Part shown: positions 17,546 to 29,848 of the stretch, one piece after another
Position numbering within the stretch: the first letter of the stretch is position 1
Layout: every line of letters begins with the position of its first letter
DNA from: Trichoplax adhaerens
Taxonomy: Eukaryota > Animalia > Placozoa
Reading direction: 5' to 3'
Length of the DNA: 64,000 nucleotides
Assembly: GCF_000150275.1 (NCBI RefSeq)
Contig: NW_002060943.1
Location: forward strand, 10,138,209-10,202,208
Translations under genes and position numbers: made by a program
Notes under the pieces: model-generated
Databases searched by the model: none
Told to the model about the DNA's origin: nothing
The model's input: only the letters and a program-made list of their open reading frames with translations

Positions 17546-17639
17546 CTTGATCTCAAAAGATCTCTGGACTGCGTTTCGACTGGCAGCAGCTAGCTACCCG
17601 TGTTTAGTTTCGTAGGGACTGGAACTTAGAGTGACTCTA

Positions 17640-17725
17640 TGTACTGTACAGTGATTAAACCGGTGACTGTCCTGTACTGTACACGGTACAGTACGTACCA
17701 AATGCAGCACTGGTACTGTACAGAC
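17640..17725. repeat. Short (TACAG/CTGTA)n array upstream of PIGM
   Basis: tgtactgtacag, ctgtactgtacacggtacagtac and tactgtacag units. Confidence 0.7.
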
Positions 17726-17950
17726 AGAGAAGGGACGACTAAATGAGGAAAGAGAAGTACAGATCATTAGTACGATAGGTTTTACGGATACTTTTTTATT
17801 AGCGTCTGTACAACTGCAGATAAAGTAAAGCAATAGTTCTTTTGTAATAATAAATTACCTTGAATAATTATAAGTAATTAATTTTCTGATACCTCAATTT
17901 CTATGCCGATTTTATTGTAATCGACAAATGTATCGATCGGAATATGAAGT

Positions 17951-19785
17951 ATGTCTCCAATAATAAAGTATTCACTCGTGGCTGGAATATTACGTTTATT
18001 TTTGATTATGTATGGAGAATGGCAAGATAAATATTTTGTTGTCAAGTATACTGACGTGGATTACAAAGTGTTCACCGATGCTGCAAGATATGTTGCAAAT
18101 GGAGAATCGCCCTACCAACGAGCAACCTATCGTTACACACCATTGTTAGCTTGGATATTAGTGCCCGCTACTACCTTGAGAATGTCATATGGAAAGCTTC
18201 TCTTCTCAGGTTGTGATATTCTATCTGGATGGCTTATTTTTGCGATATTATCAATAAAAAAAGTTACTGACAGTAATAAGATAATTTGCACTAACTTATG
18301 GCTTTTCAATCCACTGACAATTACCGTATCTACTAGAGGCAATGCTGAGTCTTTACTATGCGTTTTAGTACTATCATCTATTTATTTCATGTTGGAAAGA
18401 CGTACAACAATGTCCGCATTTTCATTGGCCCTTGCAATTCATTTTAAACTATATCCAGTCATTTATACGCTACCTCTTCTATTATCATTACATGACATTT
18501 ACTACGATAGCGATAAAGTTAATTACCATTACAATATATGGTTAAATTTATTGTGGAAATTAACCAGGTTTGAGATAATCAAGTTTATTTCGATTTGGTT
18601 ACTAACCTTAATAGCAATCAACGGCTTAATGTATTGTTTGTAAGTATAACCGTAGTATTATGTACTATTCAATTTTCTTTACTATGATTGGGCTCTATGT
18701 ACTATAATTAATATCGTATTGGTAATTAAAATTATGTTAACTGCTTAATAAATAAATCTTTATTAATGGTAGGATATGGATATTTGTAGCTAAGAATTTT
18801 AATTTCAATCCAAAATTATTTTGTCGTTTCTATACCATTAGCATAATGCTTCAGGAAATATAGTAAAATACTATCTTTGACTTGAAAATCTAATATGTAT
18901 TGTTATTAATATTACTGAGGTATGGACTGGATTACATTCAGGAGGCCTATTTATACCATCTGACCAGAGTGGATACTCGTCACAATTTTTCGTTATATTT
19001 TTACATGATGTATATAAATGTAGAATCGTGGCTTGGATCGATTATTAGCAGATTAGCTTTCATTCCACAGCTAATACTGATGTTGATTATATCATTGTAT
19101 TCGTATACTGATATTTGCTTCTGTATGTTCGTTCAGACCTTTGCCTTCGTCACCTTCAATAAAGTCTGTACATCACAGGTATGTGACCGTATGTCCTTCA
19201 TATCATACACCTTAATACTGTTATGGCATACCCCTTAAACAGAATTCATAGTGAATCATAACAGATTTTGCGTAGTACATCATAATTAAATATGTGATTT
19301 ATCGTTTTTTGTTTTAGTTGTGTGATTACACAATACAAGAATATAATATCATATACGTATAATAACCTAATACTGCATTAATAATTAATAAAACTGGTTA
19401 TTCCATCGTTATATAGTATTTTTTATGGTATCTATCCCTTCTACCTTTGGTGTTGGCGAATAATAGATTACTTAATAAGCCTAAATATTCCGCTACTTTA
19501 GGCATTACCTGGTTTTTATCACAGGTAAGTCAATTAATTATTTTGCAAGGCTTTCAACTAAGCACATCATGCTATTTTCTAAATTCAGAATTACTATCAA
19601 CTCAGGTAGTCTGGCTTTTCTTTGCATACTTGGTAGAGTTCAAAGGAAAGAATACCTTTGTACTCATATGGATTGGTTCCATTTTGCATTTTTTTGTAAA
19701 TATTTTTGTTTTAGCAGAAGTAATAAGACATCATGTTGGAATAGATATGTCTTTAAGCTATTCAACGGAAAAGAAAAACAATTAA
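17951..19785 (+). CDS. PIGM: GPI alpha-1,4-mannosyltransferase I catalytic subunit (exons 17951-18639, 18920-19178, 19417-19524, 19606-19785)
   Basis: VKYTDVDYKVFTDAARY (DXD motif), SPYQRATYRYTPLLAW, STRGNAES, HFKLYPVIY, YLYHLTRVDTRHNFS, FVTFNKVCTSQ-YFLWYL, EFKGKNTF. Confidence 0.96.
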
Positions 19786-21036
19786 AGAGCTATATTTATA
19801 CCTAAAACAGTTATGAATAATGATTTCGATGTTTTTTTCTGCGTTTGAAAAAGTCCTGATTCATATCCTGCGAAGTTGAGCTTTATCCCTTGGTCTACTC
19901 TGGTCAGCCTAATACTTAATATGTCGCATTTATTCGGTTATTACTATAATATTTATCGACGAAATATTTTTGATATTCATTTAATTAAAAGCGCTTCTGT
20001 TACAAAATTGTGAGTTTGTGACTATGCTTGAATCAGTTTTTAATTAAAGATGAACCTGCTACATATCTGCTGTTTATTTCTTTCTTAATACACGAAACTA
20101 TATACGAAGGAAATAATAATGAAATATTACTTTAGAGACCATAAAGTTTTTACACGGAATTTTAACTTATTTAAGGTACTGTACAATTACGATTGAAACT
20201 AACAGAAGCTAGACGCATTACAGTATCTTACAGTCTTTACAATACAGCATTTGGTAGGCTCTTTTATAGCACTAAAATTGGTTGATCGCAAGAGCTGCAG
20301 AAGTAGTAAGAATTTTAAAGGCAACACCCTAATTAATTTCGATGTTGCATATAGTCGCGGTCGCGGATTGCTAGAATTCTTAGTAGCTTACTTCATCGTA
20401 TAATACATAATACAACATTGTGCCGTTATTATGAATACTAAATACGCGTACAGTGGTACAGTAAGATATTCTAATCCTATACAGTACTAAAAGCTTGTTG
20501 GAGTAGATATTAACTACATAATTAATTTAAAAACTATATCAGCTTCAAATGCAAATCCCATTCTAGTATGAACATAATGCATACTCAGGACGAGCTTGCT
20601 CCATAGTATACAATACTAAATACAATATGAAATCCTACGAATTTGCCTAAAGATTGTACGTAACTAATTACCAATCTTGCAAGGTTGGCACTATCTTACA
20701 AAAGAGGTTTCAAGATATTTTCATGTTTAAGAATATTTCATCTACAAGATAACAAATTTAGTTAGTTTTTTTGTTATATCCAATTTATTATAGCATCCGG
20801 ATAATATTCTGACAGACCATACGCGTAATTATCAATATCATGTGTGTACGTGTGTACTCGTACAACATCATATTTTTAAGCAATACAGATACTGATGTGC
20901 GGTAGATCTAATGCAAAAAGTTTTACTCTATCACATAACCATGAAGCTCGTATTAGAATAATAAAATTAAAGCGTTGTATCATTTTGGGTATTTAGAATC
21001 TCTTATGAGATAATCTAGTAACATGTAGGGCTATCA

Positions 21037-24000
21037 TCACGGCTCGTTTTGTTCACTTCGTTCTTCATCGTTCTTTTCTTTATCGTAATCCTCTTCTGAC
21101 CACCCATGCTCTTTTTTGTATACTTCTAAGGCTTCAAGAAGAAATTCATCGTGGTCAGCTACACGTACATCATGTCTCAGTATGTCTCCCCAACGACAAC
21201 GTTTCATATCTTTGTAAAATTCCCTGATATTACATGATTCGATCAATAACCTCAGTGCAATGTTGAAGATTGATAATAGAAGTTGATTATGAATTCATTT
21301 TCAAAGTATCAACATACTTTCCTAATGATTTTGCAAGCACTAACTCTTCTATGTAACCTGTTTAATTCAACCTGTTTACTAAATTGATCGCTAACATATT
21401 TTTAAACAACTATTATCAATATTCATCTCTCTAAATCATTATACAAACCATCTCCAAGACAAAATTCACAAATTACATGACCAGTACGATGTTTAGGAGG
21501 TTTTACAACCCTAGGATAGGATGAAACTAAAGAAAATTTAACACTCGTTATTCTTCTCTCGATTTAGGATTAGATAAACATACAAAAGGGCTATAGCATA
21601 TCATTTTAACCAGAACTTAACAATAAATTAACAATAAATCAAAGTACTTAATAATAGAACCGAATAGTAACATCATTACCATCCTCATTTCTGTTTCCCT
21701 TACGAATGATAACATAAGAAAATCGTTCTGGATAATAGCTATATTTCAAATGTGTCTCGCGCTATTTGTGATTTCATTCGTAATAAAGACATGGGATAAT
21801 GAAAGAATATTGATAAGATTATATATGTTACATATCATGACACAGCATACATCTGTGTGATAATCTGAATTATGTAATCGGTACTTGGGTCAAGGAAACT
21901 TCTACTTTTTGTTCAAAAAAGCATGGAGGCGATTTAACATCCATATATTCTCTTGGACAATCTATATCATGGGGACACTAATAGAAAACATACTGCAACT
22001 GACTCAAATCGAATCATATACTATACAAGGGCTTTGTGTTGAAAATATTGTAACAAATAGCAACCAATACGAAATACTGTAGCATCTTACCGGAGCAAAA
22101 GTATGACCTAGCTGCAGGTTATTCCTCACTACCAAAAAAAAATTACTATTTACTAAAGACTAATAGTTATCATTTGCTTCATCCATTATGAGCTTACTTG
22201 CGTCCGCATTCTAGTATACAATAAAAAGTGACCTAGAATGAGTTTACAGTTTACTTAGAGTGAACTAGAAACCGATATCAACATACCATGTTGACTATTG
22301 CATTTCTTGCGTGTAATATCGTATCAAAGCCATCGTTATTTCCAGGTTCAACTATAATCTGAATATCAAATAGTATATTATGTAAAATAACAATCGGCTA
22401 TGTGGTAGTAAGATAAACTTTAATGTAAAAGTCTTAAAATTAATCCAGGCTTAATAAAAGTACGCTTACAAGAAAATCTTTGGTTTTCTTCCAAAGAGCC
22501 TTGATTGCTTCTTGCCTTAATTTTATATTAGGTAGCTCATGCAAGGAATACGACGCAATAACAACGTCGTAATTTACCTGTGTCATGAAATACAATTTTA
22601 CCAATGTTGAGAGCAAAAATATGGTTAATTTCCATTTTAATCAATAAATGTTCTTGCATCCTCTTACTCGCTGTGAAATGGGCAAAAATTGCCTGTAAAA
22701 TATATTTGGAATCATAGAAGGTGCATTACGATCTCCTCCTGAAAGTATTAAAAAGTTCTTGGCAATTATGTAAGTAACAGTTTATTACATCAAAAGGCTC
22801 AAGTAAAGAATCTGATTTCCGTATATTACACAGGAATTAACCATAAATTAGTATCAAAAGGTTCTCATAAACCTTTGAAAAGAAGTTCAGAAAAGTCTAT
22901 GGCATCTGACGAAATATCGACACATTGATATTCAGTAATACTCTCTCCCCAGATTTGATTAGCGGCCCTAGCATGCGTATCAGCAATGAAATTTATGATA
23001 TAGTATAACAACAGGTAGCTGGTATAACTACCGTAATAACTAAAAAAGTACTGCATGCTAATAACATTTATTTCATATTATTCCGGTAGCTGTTTTATTA
23101 TTAAAATCATAGTAATTAAGACACCTACCACACTGCTGTCCCGACACCTGAACCAAAATCTAATAAAGTTCTTGGTTGAAATCCAGGTAATCTTGTTGCT
23201 ATCTAGAATATCACCAACGTTTAATTAAGCTAATCAACACTTCAAGTTAAAATCCTTCGATTCACACATACACCAAATGTAGTAATGGAATTCTCATGAA
23301 AAATCAGCATACCTCTTGCAAGACACGTAGTGTTGCACCATAGCAAGCAGGCAAACGCGAAACAGCAAATGCGAGACACTCACGAGTTCGATATCTAGAT
23401 ATAATTATAATATACGATATTATATGTAGTTATTAATTATAACGTTAAATAATACTGCATCAGTATATTTAGCGATACAGTATAAGTAATTCTATACTTT
23501 TTTTAGTCGCTATTCACTTATTGCAGATTCAAATGTTGAAATCGTACAAATACTTAATCAAAAAGATAACCTGTACCTTATGGAGCTAAATTTATCTGGT
23601 CTACAAAATTGATTATCAACAATAACTTCATCATCAGAGGATAGGCTTTTTACTAATGGTATAATGAAATCAGAATCATTACGAGAAAAATTATGCTTTT
23701 GGTGTATTGAACCCGTAAATTAAACACAAAAATATGATCATACATTAACATAACATATACGAGTATTATATATATATATAGGTGTATTACTTCGCTTCGA
23801 CAATATCTCTTTTTCAAGATGGGATCTTCGACCACGTCGTATTAAATGTTTAGCTAAAGCTGTACCATCTACCATTAACGATTTGTTTGAATATTCTTTA
23901 TATAATGTGATATCAGAATTATTAGTTCATTCTAATATTTAAACTACTATATTAATATCAGCCTAGCTGCCTATATATAGCTTTTATGAAATATCGTATA

Positions 24001-25158
24001 GTCTAGGGCTGCGATAATTTATCGTTTCAATTCATAAATTAAAAAAAATTATAAATCTTTATAAATTTTTAATAATCTCGAATAATTTATTAAACTTATT
24101 TACTTACTTGCTAGTATGCTTTTAAGTGAAGAATTTAATTCAGGAGGTACGGAAATTGTGGGCATGTAAAAGGAAACATGTGCAGACTTGCTAGCATGAC
24201 TTTCGTCTTTCTCTTCGTTAAAGTCGTTGTCATCTTCGTTGATGCTTGCTTTATTATACAAGCCTTGATCGCTATTATTGATAGTAGATGTCTCTATTTT
24301 CATGTCGCCATCGCACGCGACTACTTCATTTGAGCCTTGATCGCTACTATTGCTATCCGATGTCTCTGTCTTCATGTCGCCATTGGCGGAAGCTATGTTT
24401 CTTTTACTAGCTAATCTATAGCTTACTCGAGCTTCTTTGCATAAATTAGCTATGAAGGTTCGAATTGTTGACTAATATATTGCAAAATATGAAATAAGTA
24501 CCTCAAGATTAAAGAACCGAGAATAGCTGTAATGTCATATCAGGGTGATTATATACGTTAGTTTTATGCATTATTTTTCTTATCAAAACTATTGAGAGCT
24601 ACAACTCCAATGTATCATTGTGACAGTTACATTCTACTAGACGAAATAACATAAAGTATTTAATAATAACCAATTTGTAATCTTATGCAATGTACACATT
24701 ATCCTTTAATAAGAACTGCATCATAACGACAGGTATGATAGACCAGGTTTTGACTTACGAGAAATGCTGCTTACTGTACAAGTGTGCATAGGGTATTAAT
24801 CAGTCGAACTAGCCATCGTAGCGTCATACAATGATTGTACAACAGAGATCTCCATGCTGCATAATTTACTCGGGAGCAATATCCCTTAACATACTCGAGT
24901 GGACTTGAGGTTTAGTAACTAAACACACACACTATCTCATAATGATCTATGGCTAAGTTGTACTTAGCGGAGATCAAGAATATCTATTAGTTATCGTCCG
25001 TGTCTATCGAATTAAAGTAGTGTACAGAACTTAACGATTCCAAATTTGTTAAGCAAGTTAGAATTAAGCAAATCAGATCCTGGATTATATGCAGTACTTG
25101 TTGAGGTCATATACTATAAGTGTGCAGTATGCCTTACCTGGAAAAGACTCGAATTCAT
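21037..25158 (-). CDS. METTL17: Mitochondrial small-subunit assembly methyltransferase-like protein METTL17/RSM22, about 17 exons
   Basis: FQPRTLLDFGSGVGTAVWAA (SAM motif I), YQCVDIS, YDVVIASYSLHEL, IIVEPG, HTFAPCPHDIDCP..PCFF, GHVICEFC, RCRWGD. The first exon MNSSLFQ (25138-25158) is inferred from phase and a GTAAGG donor. Confidence 0.88.
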
Positions 25159-25516
25159 TATGGTAATCCAATTGTTGCTTTAATTTGTACTTACAGTTAA
25201 AATCACCTACAGTAATTAGGTATGTGCCAGCGAAGTAAATCCTTGCGTCTTCTCTAAAAAGAGTGCAACCGAGCTGCAGATCGGGAAATTCAATTCTTCG
25301 GCACTGCTTTTATACGATGCTGCAGGTTAGGGTTGGTACGGGTCCGGGTACTGTACAGTATAATGTACAGTACAGTGTACAGTACTGTATACTGTACACT
25401 GCGTATTGTACATGAAAAGTTCTTATTTATCTCCGTATTGGGAGAGTTTTGATACAGTATCATTATCATGCTAAAATTTGATGCGATCTGCAGTAAAACC
25501 AACCGTGATATTTTCA
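25159..25516. promoter_or_regulatory. Probable bidirectional promoter between METTL17 and ALG8
   Basis: 358 nt between divergent ATGs, containing GGTTAGGGTT (about 25325) and a TACAG array (about 25348-25400). Confidence 0.6.
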
Positions 25517-28131
25517 ATGGATTATATCGCAACTTCTGCTATTCGGATCGGTATAATTGCTTCGCTATTTAAATCGCTTTTGATACCTTCATATCGATCA
25601 ACAGATTTTGAAGTTCATCGTAATTGGCTAGCAATTACCCATAGTTTACCAGTATCACAATGGTACTACGAAAATACTTCTCAATGGACACTCGATTATC
25701 CGCCGTTATTCGCTTGGTTTGAGTATTCTCTATCTCAGGCTGCTGCTGTGGTTGATCCTGAGATGGTGGTTATCAGCAAGTTAGAATATGCAAGCTATAG
25801 AACCATTATTTTTCAACGTCTTTCCGTTGTGATCACTGACATTTTATTGATTTATGCTGTATATGATTATTGCAAATGGTGGTCAAATAATCGAAGGTTA
25901 TCGTCTTCATCAACTTCTCATGGTGAAAATAATACAATGATTGCAGCATTCGTATTAATGGTCTTAGTAATTTTTAATTTCGGACTGATAATAATAGATC
26001 ATGTACATTTTCAGTATAACGGCATGCTATTTGGTATATTTTTATTATCAATCACTAAAATAGCGCAGGAGAAGTTTTGTCAGGCAGCCTTATTTTTTAT
26101 TTTATTACTTAATTTCAAGCATCTATTTGCCTACGTCGCACCTGCCTATTTTGTATACCTATTGAGAAGGTATTGCTTTGGCAAATTACAGTATTCAAGT
26201 TGGACAGAAATGAGACAAGATTTTCGTTTTACGCATTTGGCCAAGTTATCACTCATCGTACTAGCAGTTATTTCCATTAGTTTTGGACCATTTATTGCTA
26301 TGGTATTGTGTTATTAATTTATTACGCACAATCAGAATGGGATCTATTGTAATTAATCCTTTTATTTTTACATTTATGTGATTGAAATTAATGAGCTTCT
26401 TGGTCACTTAAGTCATTACTCTATGTTAACATTTGTTATATCTACAAAAATTTAGGAAATACGTTGCATGCAATCTGTTAAGCTCCAGAAATTTATTCAC
26501 GACTATTAACTTCCTGATTCTATATTGCTAAGACAGTTATTACATAATTACGTTATAATTATAATCAATTCGACTCGATTACTGGTGTAATATCTGCGAA
26601 CACTATAATGTAGTAATAAGTGTTCTTATTCACTGATAGTGACCGTATTAGTCTACGATTTCACGAAGTTTTTGATTTATCTTGATAAGATATTGTAGCA
26701 ATTTTAGGGTTGAGCACTACACTCAAATATCCAGAATTTCATTCCTGAAGTTCTGATACAAACTACTGTAATTTATTCATAGTTTTGGATAGATTTATAA
26801 CTTACAGATAATTTGTAATTAAAGATTAATATACTTCGGTGCAGGTGCAGCATTAGCTACGTGTGTTTAATTGCGCGGGAAAGAAGTGATCATTCGTATT
26901 TACTCCTCAGTTGCCTGTATAATACTTTATAATATTGTATTAATTACGCAAGTTTTCTGATTATGGTATAATAATTTATTTATCATTTTCCCTTAAAATT
27001 TATATTTAGGGGCAGATAAACCAACTAATATCTCGGTTATTTCCATTTAAACGTGGATTATGCCATGCCTACTGGGCGCCAAATTTTTGGGCGTTGTACA
27101 ATGTGGTAGATAAAGCAGTTGCTATGATAAGTTTACGTTTGGGATTATTGACGGGTGATAAATGGCAGTCAGCATCAATGACTGGAGGGAAAGTTACTGA
27201 AAGTGATCATATCGTATTACCTTCGATTCGCCCGCTAACTACCTTTGGATTAACACTGATATCTATATTGGTAAGGATTACGTACAGTGTAATGTATAAT
27301 AGTATAGCTATGTAATAAAGACTGCATATACTCGTATATTTATTTTATCTTATTGATATATTCTCTTAGCCATCTATTGTACATCTTTGGCGTTTTCCCT
27401 ACAGTTGGCGTGCCTTTCTTCGTGTAATGATACTTTGTGGGTTTTCCTCGTTTATATTTGGTTGGCATGTCCATGAAAAACATCTTATTACAGTAATAGT
27501 GCCGTTTACCCTTCTAGCAATCGAGAATAAAAACGATGCTAGGTTGTTCTTTCTTTTATCCTGCATTGGTCACTATTCATTATTTCCTTTACTGTACGAG
27601 CCAACAGAGTCACCGATAAAGCATATACTTTATATTCTTTATTCAATTTTCGCTTATTATGGCCTGCAATTATGTTCCTGGTGAGTTAAATTTTATCAGT
27701 GTATTCAATATCATATAACTATAGTATTAATGCACTACTGTACAAATTCTTCTAAATTCTCTACTTTATGTAAAGTGTATCTACTGACTTTAAAGAGAAA
27801 ATTTTAATTATAATAATTATACTGTTTACGTGAATTTTAATTATATTGTTTATTTTTATTATTTAATTATAGTTCTAGCTTAAAATCAATACATCGATTG
27901 CGACCCTTAAAAGTTTCTTTATTTGAAAAGATATACATTATTGGTTTACTCTTTGTACAGATATATACTATTTTTCTGCATTCAGTTTTTAAATTAAATG
28001 ATAAATTGCCTTTCCTACCTTTACTTATAACGTCTGTATACTGCTCTATTGGTGTACTATATGTGTGGGCAAATTTTTATGCACGAAGTATCTGGCTCAC
28101 ATCTGATAAAAATGAATATATTGAGGATTGA
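25517..28131 (+). CDS. ALG8: Dolichyl-P-Glc:Glc1Man9GlcNAc2-PP-dolichol alpha-1,3-glucosyltransferase (exons 25517-26302, 27010-27270, 27370-27680, 27873-28131)
   Basis: LLIPSYRSTDFEVHRNWLAITHSLP, TSQWTLDYPPLFAWFE, IDHVHFQYNG, SRLFPFKRGLCHAYWAPNFWALYN, FGWHVHEK, LPFLPLLITSVYCSIG. Confidence 0.96.
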
Positions 28132-28149
28132 ATTTTTGAAAGTGTGCAG

Positions 28150-28240
28150 TGTACACTGTACACTGTAGATACTGTACTGTACATGTGCCCTTCTTTAGAG
28201 TTTGTATTTGTGTAATGCTGTCTACTGTACTGTAGTACAG
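28150..28240. repeat. (TACAG/CTGTA)n patch just downstream of the ALG8 stop
   Basis: gtacactgtacactgtagatactgtactgtac and tactgtactgtagtacag. Confidence 0.7.
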
Positions 28241-28568
28241 GTTCATTTTAATTTCTATGGTTTTTATCAAATACGATCTCTGCAATATTTTATTTACAAT
28301 TTTCTAATTCTATAAATAAATAAATCAATAACATGAAGTAACCCATTTAATAAATCCATGGTATTTAGTAAATTGAAGTAAACTTCGTAAACAAATAACC
28401 ATACCTGAAATGATTCTACCTGATGTTAAGATGAGCTATATTTAACTCAGTACGCTCAATTTTTATATCTAAATGCCTTTACACTAAGTTGTTGCCCCTA
28501 TCAACCGACCCTCGTGTAAGAAATACGCGTATATTGTAAGAAGTGTCTGAAAATAAGTTTATTGTAGC

Positions 28569-28614
28569 TATGGACCACTAGATAGAAACCTAGGTTTCTT
28601 TTTAATGGTCCATG
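28569..28614. mobile_element. Tiny TIR element, same family as 10600-10630
   Basis: TATGGACCACTA...TAATGGTCCATG with an internal palindrome AGAAACCTAGGTTTCT and flanks ttgtagc / tcgcagc. Confidence 0.45.
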
Positions 28615-29394
28615 TCGCAGCTCAATCACCACCCGTATTTTATGCTGTATCAGGGATTCCTAAGAGAAATACTCTTAGAAGTTCATGCATATACAGTACA
28701 CTAGGCTACCCTAGTTAGCCAAAACCTGTCACTATACATCGCTGAAAATAGAGCAGTTTCCGGCATGTACTGTACACGCCTTTTGGAGATACAGTACTGT
28801 ACCGGTATAATCACCCGTCGCGTTGCTGACGGATTACTATACAGTACTATACTGTATATAAAGTCATTCTAAAACGAGGCGTTGTTGACGAATTCTATTA
28901 TTTTCACCATTAGTTACAGTACTTTGTTTCAAATCACTTTTCTAATATGCACGTACAAATATATGTCTAGTTTATGCAATGTTATACAGTATACCAAATA
29001 AACAAGTGATAGAAAGTGGTTCAAAAACAATCTAATTGAAGGGTTAAATCAGTTTGTTATTGTCTGCTAGTTTCTCGTAAGTTTCTTGTAATTCTTAACC
29101 TAAGGAACGTAATATTTTGCTAGTCATGCTAGCCAATAGTAAATAAAAATAATAAATAAATAATATAGTTGGTACTAGGTACTACTGAATACTAAAATGA
29201 ACACTAAACTTTCTTATGAACAATGTGGACAACATGCTGGTTGTACTGCACAGTGCACAGATACAGCGGAGAGCTAAGATGCCGTGGCTCTGCACTGCAG
29301 ATGTTACAGGGCCAGTCCGACCATAGTGAACTAGCTAAATCGTCCCCTATCGACAGGTGTAATGAGAACCTATAATTCGTAGTTGGCAACTTGG

Positions 29395-29620
29395 CATACT
29401 GTACTGTAGGCCGTACTTTACAGTACTTTGTAGTCAAATATGTGTACTGTACAGTATGTACAATACTAAGCACCTACAGTATGTACAGTACAGTACTGTA
29501 CTGTAGGCACAACGCTCTACAGTACAGTACTGTACTGTACTGTACTGTTGAACACCATAAGTTGGTTTACGTCTACTGTAGTTATACTGTACTGTATGGC
29601 TGTGACTGTGCTGTACTGTA
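29395..29620. repeat. (TACAG/CTGTA)n array upstream of the PTP gene
   Basis: Dense runs, e.g. tacagtacagtactgtactgtactgtactgt at about 29518-29548. Confidence 0.88.
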
Positions 29621-29848
29621 ATAACAGCCAGAAATCCAATCATGGAAGTTTCCGAAATTTAAACTATTTAAACTATTAACAACCCCCTTAAAATATAGAT
29701 TTCAGTCTGACAGTTTCTACGGAAAAGTAGAAAGAAAAGAGTAAAATTTTCTTTATTAATTACGCAAAACGATCAAGACTGTACTTTCTAGCCGCCTTGC
29801 CTAATTCCTTCCCCGTACGGTACTCTTCGCATTTTAGCGTCTGCTGAG

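Noticed and set aside
17951-28131. Functional clustering of two GT-C ER glycosyltransferases (PIGM, ALG8)
   Set aside because: They act in different pathways, are only distantly related, and are separated by METTL17. The proximity is plausibly coincidental.
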